From contig CP145409.1 in NCBI GenBank assembly GCA_036867785.1, positions 1,984,001 to 2,048,000 of the forward strand: a DNA stretch of 64,000 bases. The letters run 5' to 3'. Under the pieces are notes generated by a model. It was given only the letters and a program-made list of their open reading frames with translations. It made no database searches and was not told the origin of the DNA. A program made the position numbers and the translations under genes. The DNA comes from Plasmodiophora brassicae. Taxonomy: Eukaryota. This document shows positions 1-13,494 of the stretch, in pieces. The stretch's first letter is position 1, and each line of letters begins with the position of its first letter.

Positions 1-3000
1 AGCACGAGAATCGTTCATACTGAGCACGTACACAATACCCAGTTCAGAGCTAGCGGTGGGCATGACCTCGTCGTTGACGTCACCGATCACGGTAATGGAG
101 TCTTGTGCCAGCACCCGCATGAACTCGTAGGAGCCGCGATAATTCTCCAGGCTCCAGTTGTACACGGCAAGGTCGGCGGCGAGTGTCGGCACAGTGACGG
201 GAACCGTGCGAAGTTCGAAGAACCACTTGCTGCGGTCCACGAGATGGTCATCGCTGAGAAACGGACGACACACCTTCATCATTGAGAGCACTATCTGCGC
301 TTCGTCCGGGAACCGCAACGTCCGAACGTTCGCATCGATCGTTTGGTTAAACAGCATCTCCAATAGTTCCACCAACCCAAGAACAGGGTCATACCCATCA
401 ACAGCGTCCCGTTCGAGAATGGCCTGCACAGCACACGAGTTGACGAAACGCCTGAAACTGTTGCTTCCGAGTTTGGATGTGCAGCTGAGAAGTTCGTTGA
501 AAGCGGAAAGCGATATTACAGCCGGCGAACTCGACTTCACCGGAGACGCCTTCAACTGACTGTCGAGATCGTCGATAGCTTGCCGCAACATCAATGTTCC
601 CAGACGACAGCAGTCTTCAACGAAAGTAAGTCTTTCCTCGGAAGAACGTAGGGCCAAGAAGCCCTTAGAGATCGAGGTGATTGCTCCGCGAAGAACATAG
701 GAGATGAAGGAAGGATTCGCACGAAGAATCGAACGAGCTGCTTCGTCAGGCGCGTTCACGAAAGACGCTCCGGCAGCTTCATCAAGCTACACGTTCAAAA
801 GTTAGAAACACACGAAACGATGCGACTATACTCCAGCTGACCTCAACCGAGCCATGTAGTGCCGCAAGCACACGCCCGATGAGGACAAAGTTCATGACCT
901 GACACGCAGGCTGGGCACCCTTGCGGGAGTCGCCAGAGACGGGTTTGCGCTTCTTGGCAGCCCCTTCGGATTTCTCACGAGTCGAAGCCGTTGGGAATAG
1001 GGCGTCCAGTAGCTTGAAGAGTGCTAACACCTATGGGGACGCGTTGGTCACGTTGAAGCGCGGGTAACAGTATCAACAGAGGGGACCTTCGTAAGAGCGG
1101 AAGTGGTGACTCCCTCCGTCATGATTAGAAATCGTACACCGGAATCAATGATATCGACCCACATGCGTGATGACAAACGAAGATTGGGGTCGACTGCAAC
1201 ACTCTGCGACTGCGAAGCTAAGGCAGCAGACCGACCCGTGTCAAAGGCAAAGTCCTCTAGGCGACAGGTTCCCAACTTTCCAAGGACATCCCCAATGAAA
1301 ACAGAGTACTCGACATACAGACGCCGGTCCGCATCAGACTCCTGGCACGCTTCCACGCACTGGCACAAGCATCCAAACAAAGAAGATATCGGCTCGACGA
1401 CAGAACCAGACTGTATGCATCGGTCCAGCTGAAACGGCACGCTGGCGTCCTGTTCGGGATCAATGAAACGAGATAGATGAGATTTCAGGAGGTCAACGAT
1501 GTGCATCCGCAAGGTGGACGACGCCATACGAAATGTCGAATATAGCCTAACGTGGCAGTGTGAACGGACGGCAGCTTGCTGTGTGAGCGCACGCTGTAAC
1601 AATCCATGCACTTCAAGAAAGAATTTGGCGTCGTTCGAAGAGCACGAAGAAGACGAGCTTTGGCTGTTCTGGAAGATATCCGTCGCTTCAGATGACATTC
1701 CGCAGAGCAGGCTCAGGAAGCCATCGACTGTGAAAGGTCGTCAGGTTAGCGCGTGGCACTGCGATTAGACGGGGACGTACTTGCAGACACACGACGTTCC
1801 AGACTTCGCGAAAATATGCTCTTCCGGAGACACACCACCAGGGCACTCGACAAATCATCGCGAAGGCGAAGCAGCGGCATCAGGCAGGTAATGATCTCAC
1901 GAGACCGGCGGAAGTCCATCATCGTCTGATATTGAGTTCACCACTGCACATCGTTCAATCATGGCGCACACGTACGATGTACTCAAAGCTGTTCCGGATT
2001 TGAGCGGTGAAATCCAGAAACGTGTGCGGGTTCCCGGACACAAGCCGTGACAGAAGTATTCCAGGAGGCGTCACTTGACCGCCCTCACCATACTCGTCGG
2101 AGACTGACCGTTTACCACTTCTTTCATCGTCCTCGCCAGCACCGCTGACGAGTAGTGCCAGCAACTTTCCGACAATCGGCCCGCGTGCGAACGGGTGATC
2201 ATTGAACACTGCGAGAAGCGTCCGAATCATTAGTCGCATAACGGAGCAGTACGGGTTCGTCATTGACTCTGGGGTCACGCAGTCTGATTCCCATAGCAAG
2301 GCGCCTGCATGAACAATCCCGCCAATCTGTTTAGACGGTTTGTGAGCCAGGATCGCGAACGAGAGATCCACGAGGCTGGACACGATGAGATCGCATCCCG
2401 CCTTGGCACTATCCAGAACCTGGCTGAACACAGCATCAACGTCGACGAACAAGCCAATTCCAGGTGGCACATTGCTCTCCTTGGAATAGATCATCGATCG
2501 CGCATGCTTCAAGAAGCCCGACGAGTCAACTGAGTGCTGCCAGCGGAACGCAGCGAAAATGTAATCGGTCAAGAACGTCGTCACGGAAGACATGAATTTG
2601 TGAATGGCCGTTATCGACAGCAGCAACGAAAGCGCGACAGGCCCCAGAGGTACGTGACGATTCTTGACGACGTTCAGCAACGCAGTTCCCAAATCATGGT
2701 CCTGCCGCACAGCATAACTGAACGCATGTATGCAGGTCGCAAGAACCTGCACGACCGGGCGCGACGGCTGCGTCGTTGCGAGGTCTTGGCAAGAGGAGAC
2801 GAACGCGTGCATAACAAGTGGACGTGATTCAGAGTCGCCGAACAGGAGGAGGTTGTGATAAATCACGGGGATGTCGGCGACATCTTCGTACCGAGCCACG
2901 CTCTCGGTAAACTTGCGAATAGCAGCAGCGACATGCGACGTGGACAGTTCGATCTCACGCAAGACCTCCAGTGCCTTGATCAGGAACCGGGTCGTTGGCC

Positions 3001-3449
3001 ATGGGGCACGAAGGACCCGTTCGACGATGAACGATCGGTACTGCGTCGAATCCATACTGCCTTCTGTTGCCGCGCTAAGGTCTTCGTCGGCCAGGCTCGA
3101 AAGCATTGCGGTGATGACCGGCAGCATGTCGGTGGCACTTGGTCGAGACATCTCGATGGCCTCCACAGCGGATTCCACTGCGTCCAATCGGGAGCGCACA
3201 CTGACAATGGATACACATCCTGTTACAGCACGAATCACGTTCTAAACATCGTCGCATCAGAAGAACATCATGGCCGAGGACCGACAGCACAACCTGGGCG
3301 CCCGCCTGCGACAGTTCCTCGGCGTCGCGCGCGGCCAGCCACGCGACAACCTTCGCGAACGCAGCGCCGTTATCGGATCGCGATAACGCGTCAAGCTGCT
3401 GCGCGGCGCTGGCTTCGGACACAGCGGCGGCGTCGATGACCCGCTCCAT
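1..3449 (-). CDS. FANCI: Fanconi anemia group I protein homologue (multi-exon; 3' end runs off the window start)
   Basis: Long alpha-solenoid ORFs (3075-3566 part, 1955-3238, 1048-1698, 782-1030) with FANCI-like motifs FSYAVRQDHDLGTALL, LTQQAAVR..LY, EPISSL, LEDFAFD. ATG at 3449. Confidence 0.7.
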
Positions 3450-3645
3450 GGCACCCCGACGGCGTCGACGACGACGACGCTCCCCCCCAGAGCCCGCGGT
3501 TGATGTCTCCACAAAAACGGCGCCGGGGCACGCGGAACTGCACTGCCACGGCGTGTCGCGGCACATCGCCCGAGCCGATCACGGCACGTCATCATGACGG
3601 TATACGCACGTCTGTTCTATTAGTTTCAGCAAGGGGTACGGCGCG

Positions 3646-4517
3646 CTATGGGCTCCCGAACCCCTTGTCGAAGACGCTGTCAAGCACCTCCTCCCTGGTT
3701 TTGACGGCATGCCACCACCACCACCGGAGGCGGGTGGTCGGCCGTGGCTTTGGGAAGGCTGTCTGGAACAGCGCCCGGTATGACGCCAGGGACAGCGATG
3801 ACAGGGCGCTTGGCCAGTAGGCGAACTCGCTGATGGATCCTCGAGCGTGGGAGCCCAGCAGCCCACCCATATAGATGACGTCGTGAGGACTGCCAATGTG
3901 TGGGTAGAACAACGTTGAGTTTGACAGCAGATTGCCGCCGGGTGCCCCATCGACCGCCTACACGGGCCACTGTCTTTTAGAGGCTGGAGTATGCATGTCC
4001 ACATGCCGAACCTGTTCGTAGCAGGTTGCCGTGTTCCCCGACACTGTGAACGCAATGAAGTACCAGGCAGATGGCTGAACGGGTATGGGGCAGCGCAGGT
4101 CCAGGTCCCGGGCACCGCTTGTCGATATGGACAGCACATGTGGCCTGCCAAGCACTGCGATGTTAACGTTGCACTTCGACCAGGTTGGCGCGGTACGATT
4201 CCGACACGGCCGTGCTGTCGAGGACGAGAACAGGGTACGAGGCGTTGTAGGGCGCACCCGGGTACGTGACCTGGAATACGACGGCACCGTCCGTCGTCGA
4301 GGTCGAAAGACGGATAAACGCAGCGTACGTGAAGTTTGTCTTCTCGTACAGCAAGGGCAGCGTGCGGTTGCCGACGACGGCGCTCGGGGCGATTGTGGTC
4401 ACGTTCGTCGTTAGCATTATCGGCGCGGGAACGTTATCGTATACCGCGGCAACCTGGGCGACGTTGATCAGGAGACCGGCGGTGATGGCAACGCGATATG
4501 CGAGGTCGGGCAGCATG
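3646..4517 (-). CDS. Predicted secreted protein of unknown function (possibly a beta-sandwich/LamG-like fold)
   Basis: Signal-peptide-like start MLPDLAYRVAITAGLLINVAQVAA and several N-glycosylation sequons. The last exon reads VIYMGG..GSISEFAYWPSALS. Internal exons are uncertain. Confidence 0.5.
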
Positions 4518-4755
4518 GCACCACGGAGGTCGGCGGCCCATACAGCGATTCGGCAACCGGGTACCGCTGTCGATCGGCGCTCCGCACGATTTCCTCTACC
4601 GTACAAGCAGAGCGCCAGGCAACGAGTCGCCGTTCACCAGCGGCCAACCTGCGCCCGAATACGACTCCAGTCCATTCGTCATCGCGCGACGAGATAGCGG
4701 TCGAAACTAAACGGTGTATCGTGTGCCGAAGACCAGCCAAGCGAACAGGACTTGG

Positions 4756-6339
4756 CTATCCGATCACGAGCAGTCGTCGTCCGTGCTCGGAGGCCCAGAA
4801 CCGCGCCACAGGGCCTCCTTTGAACAAGGCCAGCACATCGGTGACGGCTGAATCGAAAATGTCCCTGGTGGGCAGGCGGCCGGGTTCCTGCACGGCGGCG
4901 ACGATGGAATTGTACGCCGCAGAGCTGATGTTCACCTGTAACGGCGCGTCCGACTTGACGTACGTTTCGAAGATGGACAAGGCGGCGTCAATGACCGCGT
5001 CCGGCACCTGCCCACGTGCAGAGTCCGACGGTTCATCCGTTAGCGCCGTCAGCGATTCGCCTCGCATCGAGCGCAGCGCCACGCTACCGGGACTATAGCT
5101 AGACCCGGGCGCGGGCTCCCCGCCGGCCTGGTTCGGGCGCGCCTTCGCCTGCGAACAGAACACACTGCTGGGTCAGTTGCTAGGCGCTGCGAACGTCGCC
5201 GGTGGCCACTTCGGTACCCGTTTGGGGAACATGCGTTTGAAATCCCGGACGGCGATGAGGAACAGAGGCGACTCGACGGCGAACTCGGTGGCCATGAAGG
5301 CGGTCAGGGCGGCGGCGCCCTCGGCGGTCTCGATAACGTCGGCGACCGGTGGCCGTTCCTGCTTCCGGATGAATTCGTCGTCGTCGACGTCGCGCGCGAC
5401 CCGGTAGACCGGCTGGATGATCTGGACGGCGACCTGGAACTTGTGGATGGCCCAGTACGCGAGCGGGACGACAGGGAACACGGTGCTGCTGAACGTGACG
5501 AGCGGGGGGATCAGGTATATCACCAGCAGCGCCATGGACGAGTACCAGACGCGCACCAGCTCCGGGCGAATCTGGAACACGTCCACAACGACCCGGATAC
5601 GGGAGACGTAGTAGATCTGCTGGGCGAGAAGGGCCATGGTCCACAGGAACATGAACGCCGTGTACGCGACAGACGCCGAGCATCGTTGCGACGGGGTCTG
5701 CGGGTGCCTGGTCACGTCGACGAACGCGCCCAGCAGGATGACAATGTGAACGGCAATGTTCGCGTACATGATCCGAGCGATAGACGACCCGCCGGTCAGA
5801 CCCGGGCGCTTCAGGAACCATTGGTCGGACTTGGACAGGCCCTGCGGCGTCTTCTTGGGCACAACGTCGGTCGTCGCCGTCGTGCTGACGGGCGCGATGG
5901 CGTCGAACACGGGAGATGGACCGATCGCGACGACAGGTACTGCGGTCGCCTTTGAGGCATTGCTGGTCGGTGTGGTCGGTTGCAACGGGGCGGCGGCGAC
6001 AATCATTCGGGCGCGGGTGAGACGGTACGACCAGTAGAGAAGGGCGGCCCGAAGGTTGAACGTGGCCGTGGCCAGGAACGTCAGCACAACCATGGTGGAT
6101 TGCGAGTAGCAATCCAGGTATCGGTCGCCGGTGACGATCATGAGCAGGTCGTGCGTGACCTTGACCTGCAGGGCCAGGACGATGACAACGGTGAGGACGG
6201 GGAGGCGCGCGCCGATCTGCTGGCGATGACGGCGGCGCAGGTACGCGACAACGAACGGTACGACGACGACGCCGTCGAGAACGAGCATGACAATGGCAAT
6301 GCCGAACGCCAGCTGGCCAAGCACCCCTGTCGAGAGCAT
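4756..6339 (-). CDS. 7-transmembrane RGS (regulator of G-protein signalling) protein
   Basis: About 7 hydrophobic segments followed by RGS motifs LTAFMATEFAVESPLFL and IFETYVKSDAPLQVNISS...DIFDSAVTDVLALF. One GT-AG intron at ~5151-5217. Confidence 0.85.
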
Positions 6340-6736
6340 CGTCGGCAGCTCCGCCCACACGTGGATAATGATATGGAAGGCGCGCGTCCCATGCGACCGT
6401 ACCCTCGACAGTGCGTCGGTAGTATCTCCCCATCGCACCCATCATCGGCTCCTTCCACAGAACGCGTCCCCTGCAACCAGTGACCGTATGTAGATACGCG
6501 GGCGCCGTTCATGTCTGGCGATAAGTGCTATATTTGTTCCGGCGTCAGGTTGTCGTCTTGGCTTTGCACGAGTCCGCTGAAAACGAAAAAAACGTGAACC
6601 GTTGTTTTTGCTGTGTAATTCGTGGACGTTCTTTTTTGGGAAGGTTGCAAGGCAGGCCCCGCAGGCGGCCATGGCGGCGCGACTGTCTGTTGACCATCCC
6701 ACGACCATTGTTTGATTTGCCGCCCGCGCGCGGACC

Positions 6737-8676
6737 ATGCGCCTGTACGTCCTGCCCGACAAGTTCGTCGTCGAGCGCGACCTCGATGATCCGCTGGGCA
6801 GCAACCTGCACATCCAGCGGGGCGACGGCGCCGCCATCGCCGTGGCCGACCGCCTCGACCCGTCGCTCGTGCTGCAGGCCGTGTCGGAGCACACGTTCGG
6901 CGTCGTCGGCGTCCTCAAGCTGCTTCGCGGACGATACCTGCTGCATGTCTCGGAAGCCAGGGTCGTCGCGTCGATGAACACCAAGCCAATCTACGCGGTC
7001 GTCCGTGCGAAAATCATTCCATTCTCTTCCAGACGTGTGGAAGATGACCTGCCAGACCGTACGCCATCACGTCCCCACAGTGGTGTCGCAAGCTGACCGT
7101 TTCCAGACGTGGTCCGGAACGAGGAGAAGGTATATCTGGAGATGGTTGAGCAAGTCCTGTCGTCATCCGCCTTCCATTTCTCATACGGGTACGACCTGAC
7201 GCACACAGTGCAACGAATTGCAGGTCGTACCCATCGTGCAATGCGGGTCCCTCCGTTCTAACCTTTCAAACAGCCTTGAATGATTCTTCGATGAACCTCG
7301 TGGGTCGCGCTGATGAGCGGTTCTTCTGGAACCGTTATCTCCTGTCCGATTACCTGTCCGTCAACGTCGACCCATGCTTCATTGTCCTTGCGAGCGGGTT
7401 CTTCACATCGGTCCGCGTCGACGCCCTCGATATCGTGTACGCGCTGTTCTCTCGCCGCTCGTGCCGCAACGCCGGGACCCGGTTCACGCGTCGTGGCGTT
7501 GACCACAGTGCCGCTGCTGTGAACTTTGCTGAACAGGAGCAGATTATCGTGAAGGGCGCCACTGTCTCGTCGTTCGTTCAGACTCGTGGGTCGGTTCCGT
7601 TGCTGTGGTCGCAGATGGCCTGCCTTCGATGGGCGCCACCCGTTAAAATCGACCACAGCGCCGAGTCGTTGGCGTTATGCAAGCGGAACCTGGACGAACA
7701 CGCCACCTTGTACGGCCGGAGCATCCTTGTCAACCTGGTGAACCAGAAGGGACGCGAACTGACAATCAAGAACGCGTTCGAGACGGGCGTGCCGCCGTAC
7801 TCGCCATCGAGCTCGCATCCGTACTCGTTGATATCGTTCGATTTCCACAACGAGTGCAAACGTATGCGTTATGAGAACATCGGCAAGCTGGTCGCCGAGG
7901 TCCGATCCGAGTTCGACCCAATGGGGTTCTTCCTGGGAACGTACGCGCCGAAGGACAATTCGTGGAAAGTGCAGAAGGAACAGCACGGGTGCTTCCGAAC
8001 GAACTGCATGGATTGCCTCGACCGAACGAATGTCGTCCAGTCAGTCTTCGCTGAGCGCGTCCTCGAAACGCAGCTGCGAGCGGTTGGTGCCTCGACTGTC
8101 GGCCTCGACGGGCCCCTGTCGCACACGTTCAAGGTCGTCTGGGCAGACAATGCCGACGCGCTGTCCCTGCAGTATTCTGGCACCGGCGCGCTGAAGACCG
8201 ACTTCACGCGCACAGGCAAACGATCGGTTGCCGGCGCCCTGAACGACGCGCGCAACTCGATCACACGGTACTACCTGAACAACTTCTGCGATGGTTTCCG
8301 TCAAGACTCGATCGACCTGTTCCTCGGGAACTATCGCCCAGACCTGAAGTCGGTGTCGAACCACGAGGAACTCCCGTATGCGGACCCGTCCCCTAACGGC
8401 GGGCTACGCTCCGTATGGCAGTACGTCGTGTCCCGTTCGATGATGATCCTGATGGCCGCTCTTCTGGCCACCTTCGGCCTGCCATCGGAATCCCGGCCGA
8501 CGCTCTCCAGCCTGATCGCTGTAACCCTCTTCATCGGCCCCGCGGTCACCCTCTTCGCCGCTCATCACGACGGCCGCCGGTTCGTCGACAAGCCCAGGTT
8601 CCTGCCACTTGCGGGCGCCGTGTTCCCCGGTGCGGATGACGGCGCCGTCGACGCCAACAAGGACAAACGGCAGTAG
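6737..8676 (+). CDS. SAC1: SAC1-type phosphoinositide phosphatase
   Basis: RFFWN, SRRSCRNAGTRFTRRG, QTRGSVP, the catalytic RTNCMDCLDRTNVVQ (CX5R) motif, GTGALKTDFTRTG and two C-terminal TM helices. Confidence 0.93.
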
Positions 8677-8884
8677 CACCTGCGTTCCCCAATGTCATTA
8701 AACACGGAACACGCCCTTCCCTGTCGCTCGTTGCAGTCACCCGTGACGGGGCCTGCAGTTCGAAGACAGGCCCGGGCGCCCTCGAGCCGCCGTACAGTGT
8801 GTGCGCCTTCGGACCGCGACGCCGACGCTGACGCTGGGTGTCGTCAGTACCAGGTGCGCCGTGCGCGCTGCGCGGGTCGCAGCG

Positions 8885-10391
8885 ATGGATCCGGTGACGA
8901 TCCACGACCTGACGACCAAGTTCCTGGAGACGTCGCAGCAGTACCAGGTCGACTACCTGATCGGGCAGGGGGCGTTTGGCAAGGTCTACAAGGCGCACCG
9001 CAAGGACAACCCGTCGAAATTCGTGAGGCGGCCGTCGTCGACGCCTGTCGTCGTCGTCGTTGCTGACGAATCGTTGCTGACGAATGCGTGCGGCAGGTCG
9101 CCATTAAGCACATGAACTCCGTCCGGGAAGGCATGGGCATTCCGCAGGACGCGTACAGAGAGATTAAAATCCTCAAAGAGATCTCCAGGTTCCCACACGA
9201 GGTCACCCGGGCGTCCACCGCTGTCGGCCTGTGTTGACGATGTCTGTAGAATATCGTCACGCTGGAGAGGGTGTTCATGAACCCGCACGGCGCCGGCCAT
9301 TCGCCCGGTCTGAGCCTCGTCTACGACTACGCCGAGCACGACCTGGGCGAGATCATCCGGCACCATCGCAAGACGAACACGCGCATGGAGCCGCGCATGA
9401 TCAAGTCGATCATCTGGCAGCTGCTGAAAGGCGTCCAGTTCCTGCACGAGAACTGGATCATGCACCGCGACCTGAAGCCACAGAACATACTCGTCACTGA
9501 TTCCGGCGATTCGCCTGGGACCGTCAAGATTGCCGATTTCGGCCTTGCCAGGATCTTTCAGGACCCGCTGCGTAGCCTCGTTGCCGATGGCGGTATGTCC
9601 TGATCGTTGAAACGACGGCCCTGGCGCTGAGAACGTCGTAGACGTGTGCACGATCTGGTACCGCGCCCCCGAGCTTCTGCTGGGCGCCTGCCATTACACA
9701 CGCGCCGTCGACATCTGGTCGATCGGGTGCGTTTTCGCCGAGCTGATCCTGACCCGGGCGATCTTCACCGGGAGCGAAGTCAAGAAGAAGCACGCCGTCC
9801 AGGCGGATCAGATCAAGAAGATCTTCCGCATTCTGGGAAAGGTCTGCTCGGGTTCATGCCGACACACATGGTCACGACATTTGTTGACGGGGGGCCGCTG
9901 TTAGCCCGACCTCGAGAAATGGCCCGACATGAAGCACCTCATGTTCTACGGCGAGGTTGCCGGGTGGCCGGCGGACGAGTACCAGTTCTGCCTACCGCAG
10001 GTGCTGAAGATCGACCGCAACAGCTCCGCTTGCGACCTTCTCCTTCACATACTCGGTTGTTGTGGTGCCACCCGGATTGCATGGCGCCGCTCTGAACCGC
10101 TCTGGGACAGAATACGACCCGAAGCAGAGGTGGACCGCCGAACAGGCCCTGCAGCATCGGTACTTCACCGAACCGCCCGAACCGCACCAGAACGTGTTCG
10201 TGCGGCAGAACGGGCAGGTCAGCAAGTACCCAGCGCGGATGCCGGCCCAGGAGGCGCCCGGCCCGGCAGGAGCGCCGCCTGCCGCAGGCGCCCCTGTCGC
10301 ACAACAGCATGCCAATGCCAAACGCCCCGCCGACCCTGCCGCCGCCGCAGCATCGTCCACGTCCCAGAAACGACCGAAATTCTACGCCTGA
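8885..10391 (+). CDS. CDK8: CDK8/CDKE-like cyclin-dependent kinase (multi-exon)
   Basis: GQGAFGKVYKA, PQDAYREIKIL, LVYDYAEHDL, HRDLKPQNIL, DFGLARIFQDPL, TIWYRAPELLLGACHYTRAVDIW, and a low-complexity tail. Confidence 0.82.
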
Positions 10392-10420
10392 TACACACAC
10401 ACTCGCCCCATCCCCTGTGT

Positions 10421-10635
10421 TTACTGTGTGTCGCCGCGTTCCTTGAGTCGTTGCCTATCCCGGACGACGCCCTGGTGCATCAGCTATGTCGCCCACCGTC
10501 ACGTTTGCGGACGTCCACCCATAGCGACGACGAGCGACCCACCTCCCGGCTGCGCACCTGGTCGTAATGCACGGCAATGACGCAGCCGCCAGCGACGGCA
10601 ACGGCCAGCCCCAGCGTGACGACGGCGCCCTTCAT
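10421..10635 (-). CDS. PET117: PET117-like cytochrome c oxidase assembly factor (2 exons)
   Basis: The spliced product reads MKGAVVTLGLAVAVAGGCVIAVHYDQVRSRE-LMHQGVVRDRQRLKERGDTQ*: one TM plus the VH..Q...R..MH.GV.RD..R pattern. Confidence 0.75.
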
Positions 10636-10763
10636 GACGGCGCGGACCGACGCGCAAACGACGACGGCGTGTGCGCGCCTGCTCGGCACGTCCTACAACA
10701 CGTGATGATGCTATCGTCGTCCCGTACACGTACGTCGGTCATGTATGTGGCGAAACGGTGTGG

Positions 10764-11038
10764 CTACTTGGTGCTGTCGTCGGGGCGGGCCTGGTCGAGG
10801 ATCTGCTGCAGGGCGGCGAGACTGGTGGCGCGGCGCGCTTCGAGCTCCCGGGGCGGCAGGACGGCGACCTGGCAGCGGGCGCGCACGTCAGTGACTTCGC
10901 GACGCGACGCGTCCCAACCGCGGCAATACGGACGAGTTTCCTGTCGAGGTCGGGGTCGGGCCGCCAGACGCACATGGCGATGGCGGTGGGCACGACGAAG
11001 ACGGGCACCCAAAACAGCATCAGCGCTGGGATCCGCAT
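10764..11038 (-). CDS. Small (~69 aa) single-TM protein of unknown function (2 exons)
   Basis: MRIPALMLFWVPVFVVPTAIAMCVWRPDPDLDRKL, then a GT-AG intron, then VAVLPPRELEARRATSLAALQQILDQARPDDSTK*. Confidence 0.5.
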
Positions 11039-11102
11039 CGGCAGTTGATTTATAAAGTGTGATCGCGACCCGGGGTACACCTACCCGAGGCACGTCGGCG
11101 AC

Positions 11103-11955
11103 ATGGACGCGCTGCTCGCGACACAGTACCATCAGCGCCTCCGGGACACGCTCGACGGCATCCGGTCGCAGAGCGACGACGCTCTTGCGGGAGAACCCGC
11201 CAGGCACCTCGCCGTCCAGCGCATCCTTAGCCGTGTGCGCGTCACGAAGGTACCCGGGCCGGGCATCGGTCCGCCCGCCCGTGCGCTGACGGAGCCGAAC
11301 GATGACAGGTTCTCATCGAGGGCGACTTCCATCAGATCTCGTTCGAGATCATCCCGGTGGCCACGTACTGGATCCAGTCGCTGATTCGCAACCGTTGGCC
11401 GGGCCTGTTCGCGTGTGCGGCGACGCCCTCTGGTTGACCCGATCGTCGTGCTGTCGTACAGAGCTGGACCAGACGACGGTGTTCGATAAGCCGACCATCG
11501 TGACGATCGCGGAAGGGTGGGACGATCCGTCCGAGCCGTCGTTCCCGCTCGGCAGCGTGCCCTGCGTGGCGATCTGGGAAGACGGCGGCCGAGCCGGGCT
11601 GGCGCTGAAGGGCCTTCGCGATGCGGAACGCGCCGTGCCGCACGCCTGGGACCACATGCAGCCGTTCCAGGAGCAGACGCCGATGGTCGACGCCATGAAC
11701 TATCGTCGGCAATCGGCACCCGGTCGCGATGCGGGCGCCGCACCCCAGCAATGGGTCACCGTCACCTGCCCGGCCCTGTTCGCCGGCGAGTACCGGCGCC
11801 AGGGACCCGCTGGGCAGACGGGCGCCATGTCGGAGTTCAACGCCGTGTTCCTGCACGAGGTCGTGCGCGCCCTGGGCATACCCATCGACGACCCCGAACT
11901 GTTCTTCTACCTCCTCCCGAAGACGTTCCGATTCTACGGGTCCGTCTTCCAATAG
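11103..11955 (+). CDS. Hypothetical protein (about 3 exons)
   Basis: ORFs with strong GC3 codon bias (11103-, 11302-11955) joined by short GT-AG introns. No family recognised. Confidence 0.6.
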
Positions 11956-12032
11956 CGTCTACGCAGTGGTGGTATATAACAAATACAATGCCAGGTGCGT
12001 ATCCAGATAGATAATAGAAAAATAGGGAGGCA

Positions 12033-13203
12033 ATGACGTCGAGCGCGGATGCGGCGCTGGACCTGCCCGTGTCGTCGCTGCTCTGGTGCTGCACGTTCAT
12101 GCTGGCGCCGATCGTCGCGTCGTACGTGCTCGACCTCGGCCTGCACGCGAACCTGCTGGTCGCGTCCTGCCGGACGATGGCGCAGCTGTCTCTGCTGGGC
12201 GTGATCCTCGCCCCCGTGTTCTCCTACGATAGCATCGTGCCGGGTACGTGTCGTGCATCGGTAGGAGCAGCGTTGGGTTTGGTCTCACGGCAGGCACGCT
12301 GTTCAAGTGTCTGTAATGCTCGTCGTGTCGCTGCTGGTCGCCGCTCGAGAAGCGTACGCGAGGCCGTCGCACGTCTACCCAGGCATGTTCTTCGTCTGCC
12401 TGCTGTCCATGCTGCTGTCAGTGGCCGTCTCGCTGACGCTCTGCATCGCGTTCGTCGTCCCGGTCCGTCCTTGGTGGTCGGCCCGGTATCTGGTCCCACT
12501 GAACGGCATGCTGCTGGGGGCCACGCTTAGTGGTACAACGATTGCCCTCGTACTGTGCCACGCAAGCTTGCCGACGCCCGTCTCTGATGTCGGACACTGT
12601 CTGTCGTCAGGACCATCTGCTGAGCGAGTTCAGTCAATGGCGGGGTCGTCTCGAGTGCTACCTGGCATTCGGCGCGTCCTGGTGGGAGACCATTGCGCCG
12701 CTGCTGGCGTCATCCGTCCGAACGGGCATGCTGCCAACCATTAACACCATGAACGTCATTGGGCTCGTGTCGATTCCGGGTAACACGCGTCGAACGTCTG
12801 GACGCGTCGCCCGAGTCCTGACCGGGAGCCCCGCAGGGATGATGACCGGGCAGCTGTTAGCGGGCCAGGAACCCGCAACCGCCTCTCGGTACCAGATCGT
12901 CATCATGTTCATGTGAGTTCCGCTCGGTTCGACTTGGATAGCGGACCCCATGTGTGTGTGTGGCGTAGGATTTCGTTGTCTGTCTGCGTATCCGTCGGAG
13001 CGTCCACGCTGATCACGAGCTGGCTCATGTTTGATGGCCAGCTGCGCCTACGTGATGGGTTCCTCTCCAAGGTCCAGGGCAAGAGAACCGACATCTTCGT
13101 CTGGCTGTGTCGCCAGGTGTACGGATGCCTCTCATGGCCGTTCGTTCGAGCCAGAGACTCGTCGTCCGATTACGTGGTCTTGCGATCCGTCAGCGCTGAA
13201 TAG
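12033..13203 (+). CDS. UPF0014 ABC-transporter permease (FetB/YbbM/STAR2/ALS3-like)
   Basis: RTMAQLSLLG, PWWSARYLVPLNGMLLG, LAFGASWWE, PTINTMNVIGLVSIPGMMTGQLLAG..P..A.RYQIVIMF. Several introns. Confidence 0.88.
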
Positions 13204-13494
13204 CGGCTGTTAAATTCCACTGCCATGGCATTGCTAGTTTCACCGATTAGCCGTCTGTTGCGTCGTACGTGCGCAGGCCCACCAGGATCCGGCGAGTGGA
13301 TTGACGGTTGCTTGTTACGTGGATAGCGCTCGGTGGACGCTATTAGGACGACAAGTTCTGTTCGTCAAGCACGCCAAAGAACCCAGACGTCACGAGTGTC
13401 AACAGACGCGCTTAATAATAGGTACAATGACGAAGGAATCCTGGCGCTAGTGCCCAGTGCGAGGTGGGAGGAGGCCTATAAGGGCTGCTTGCGC

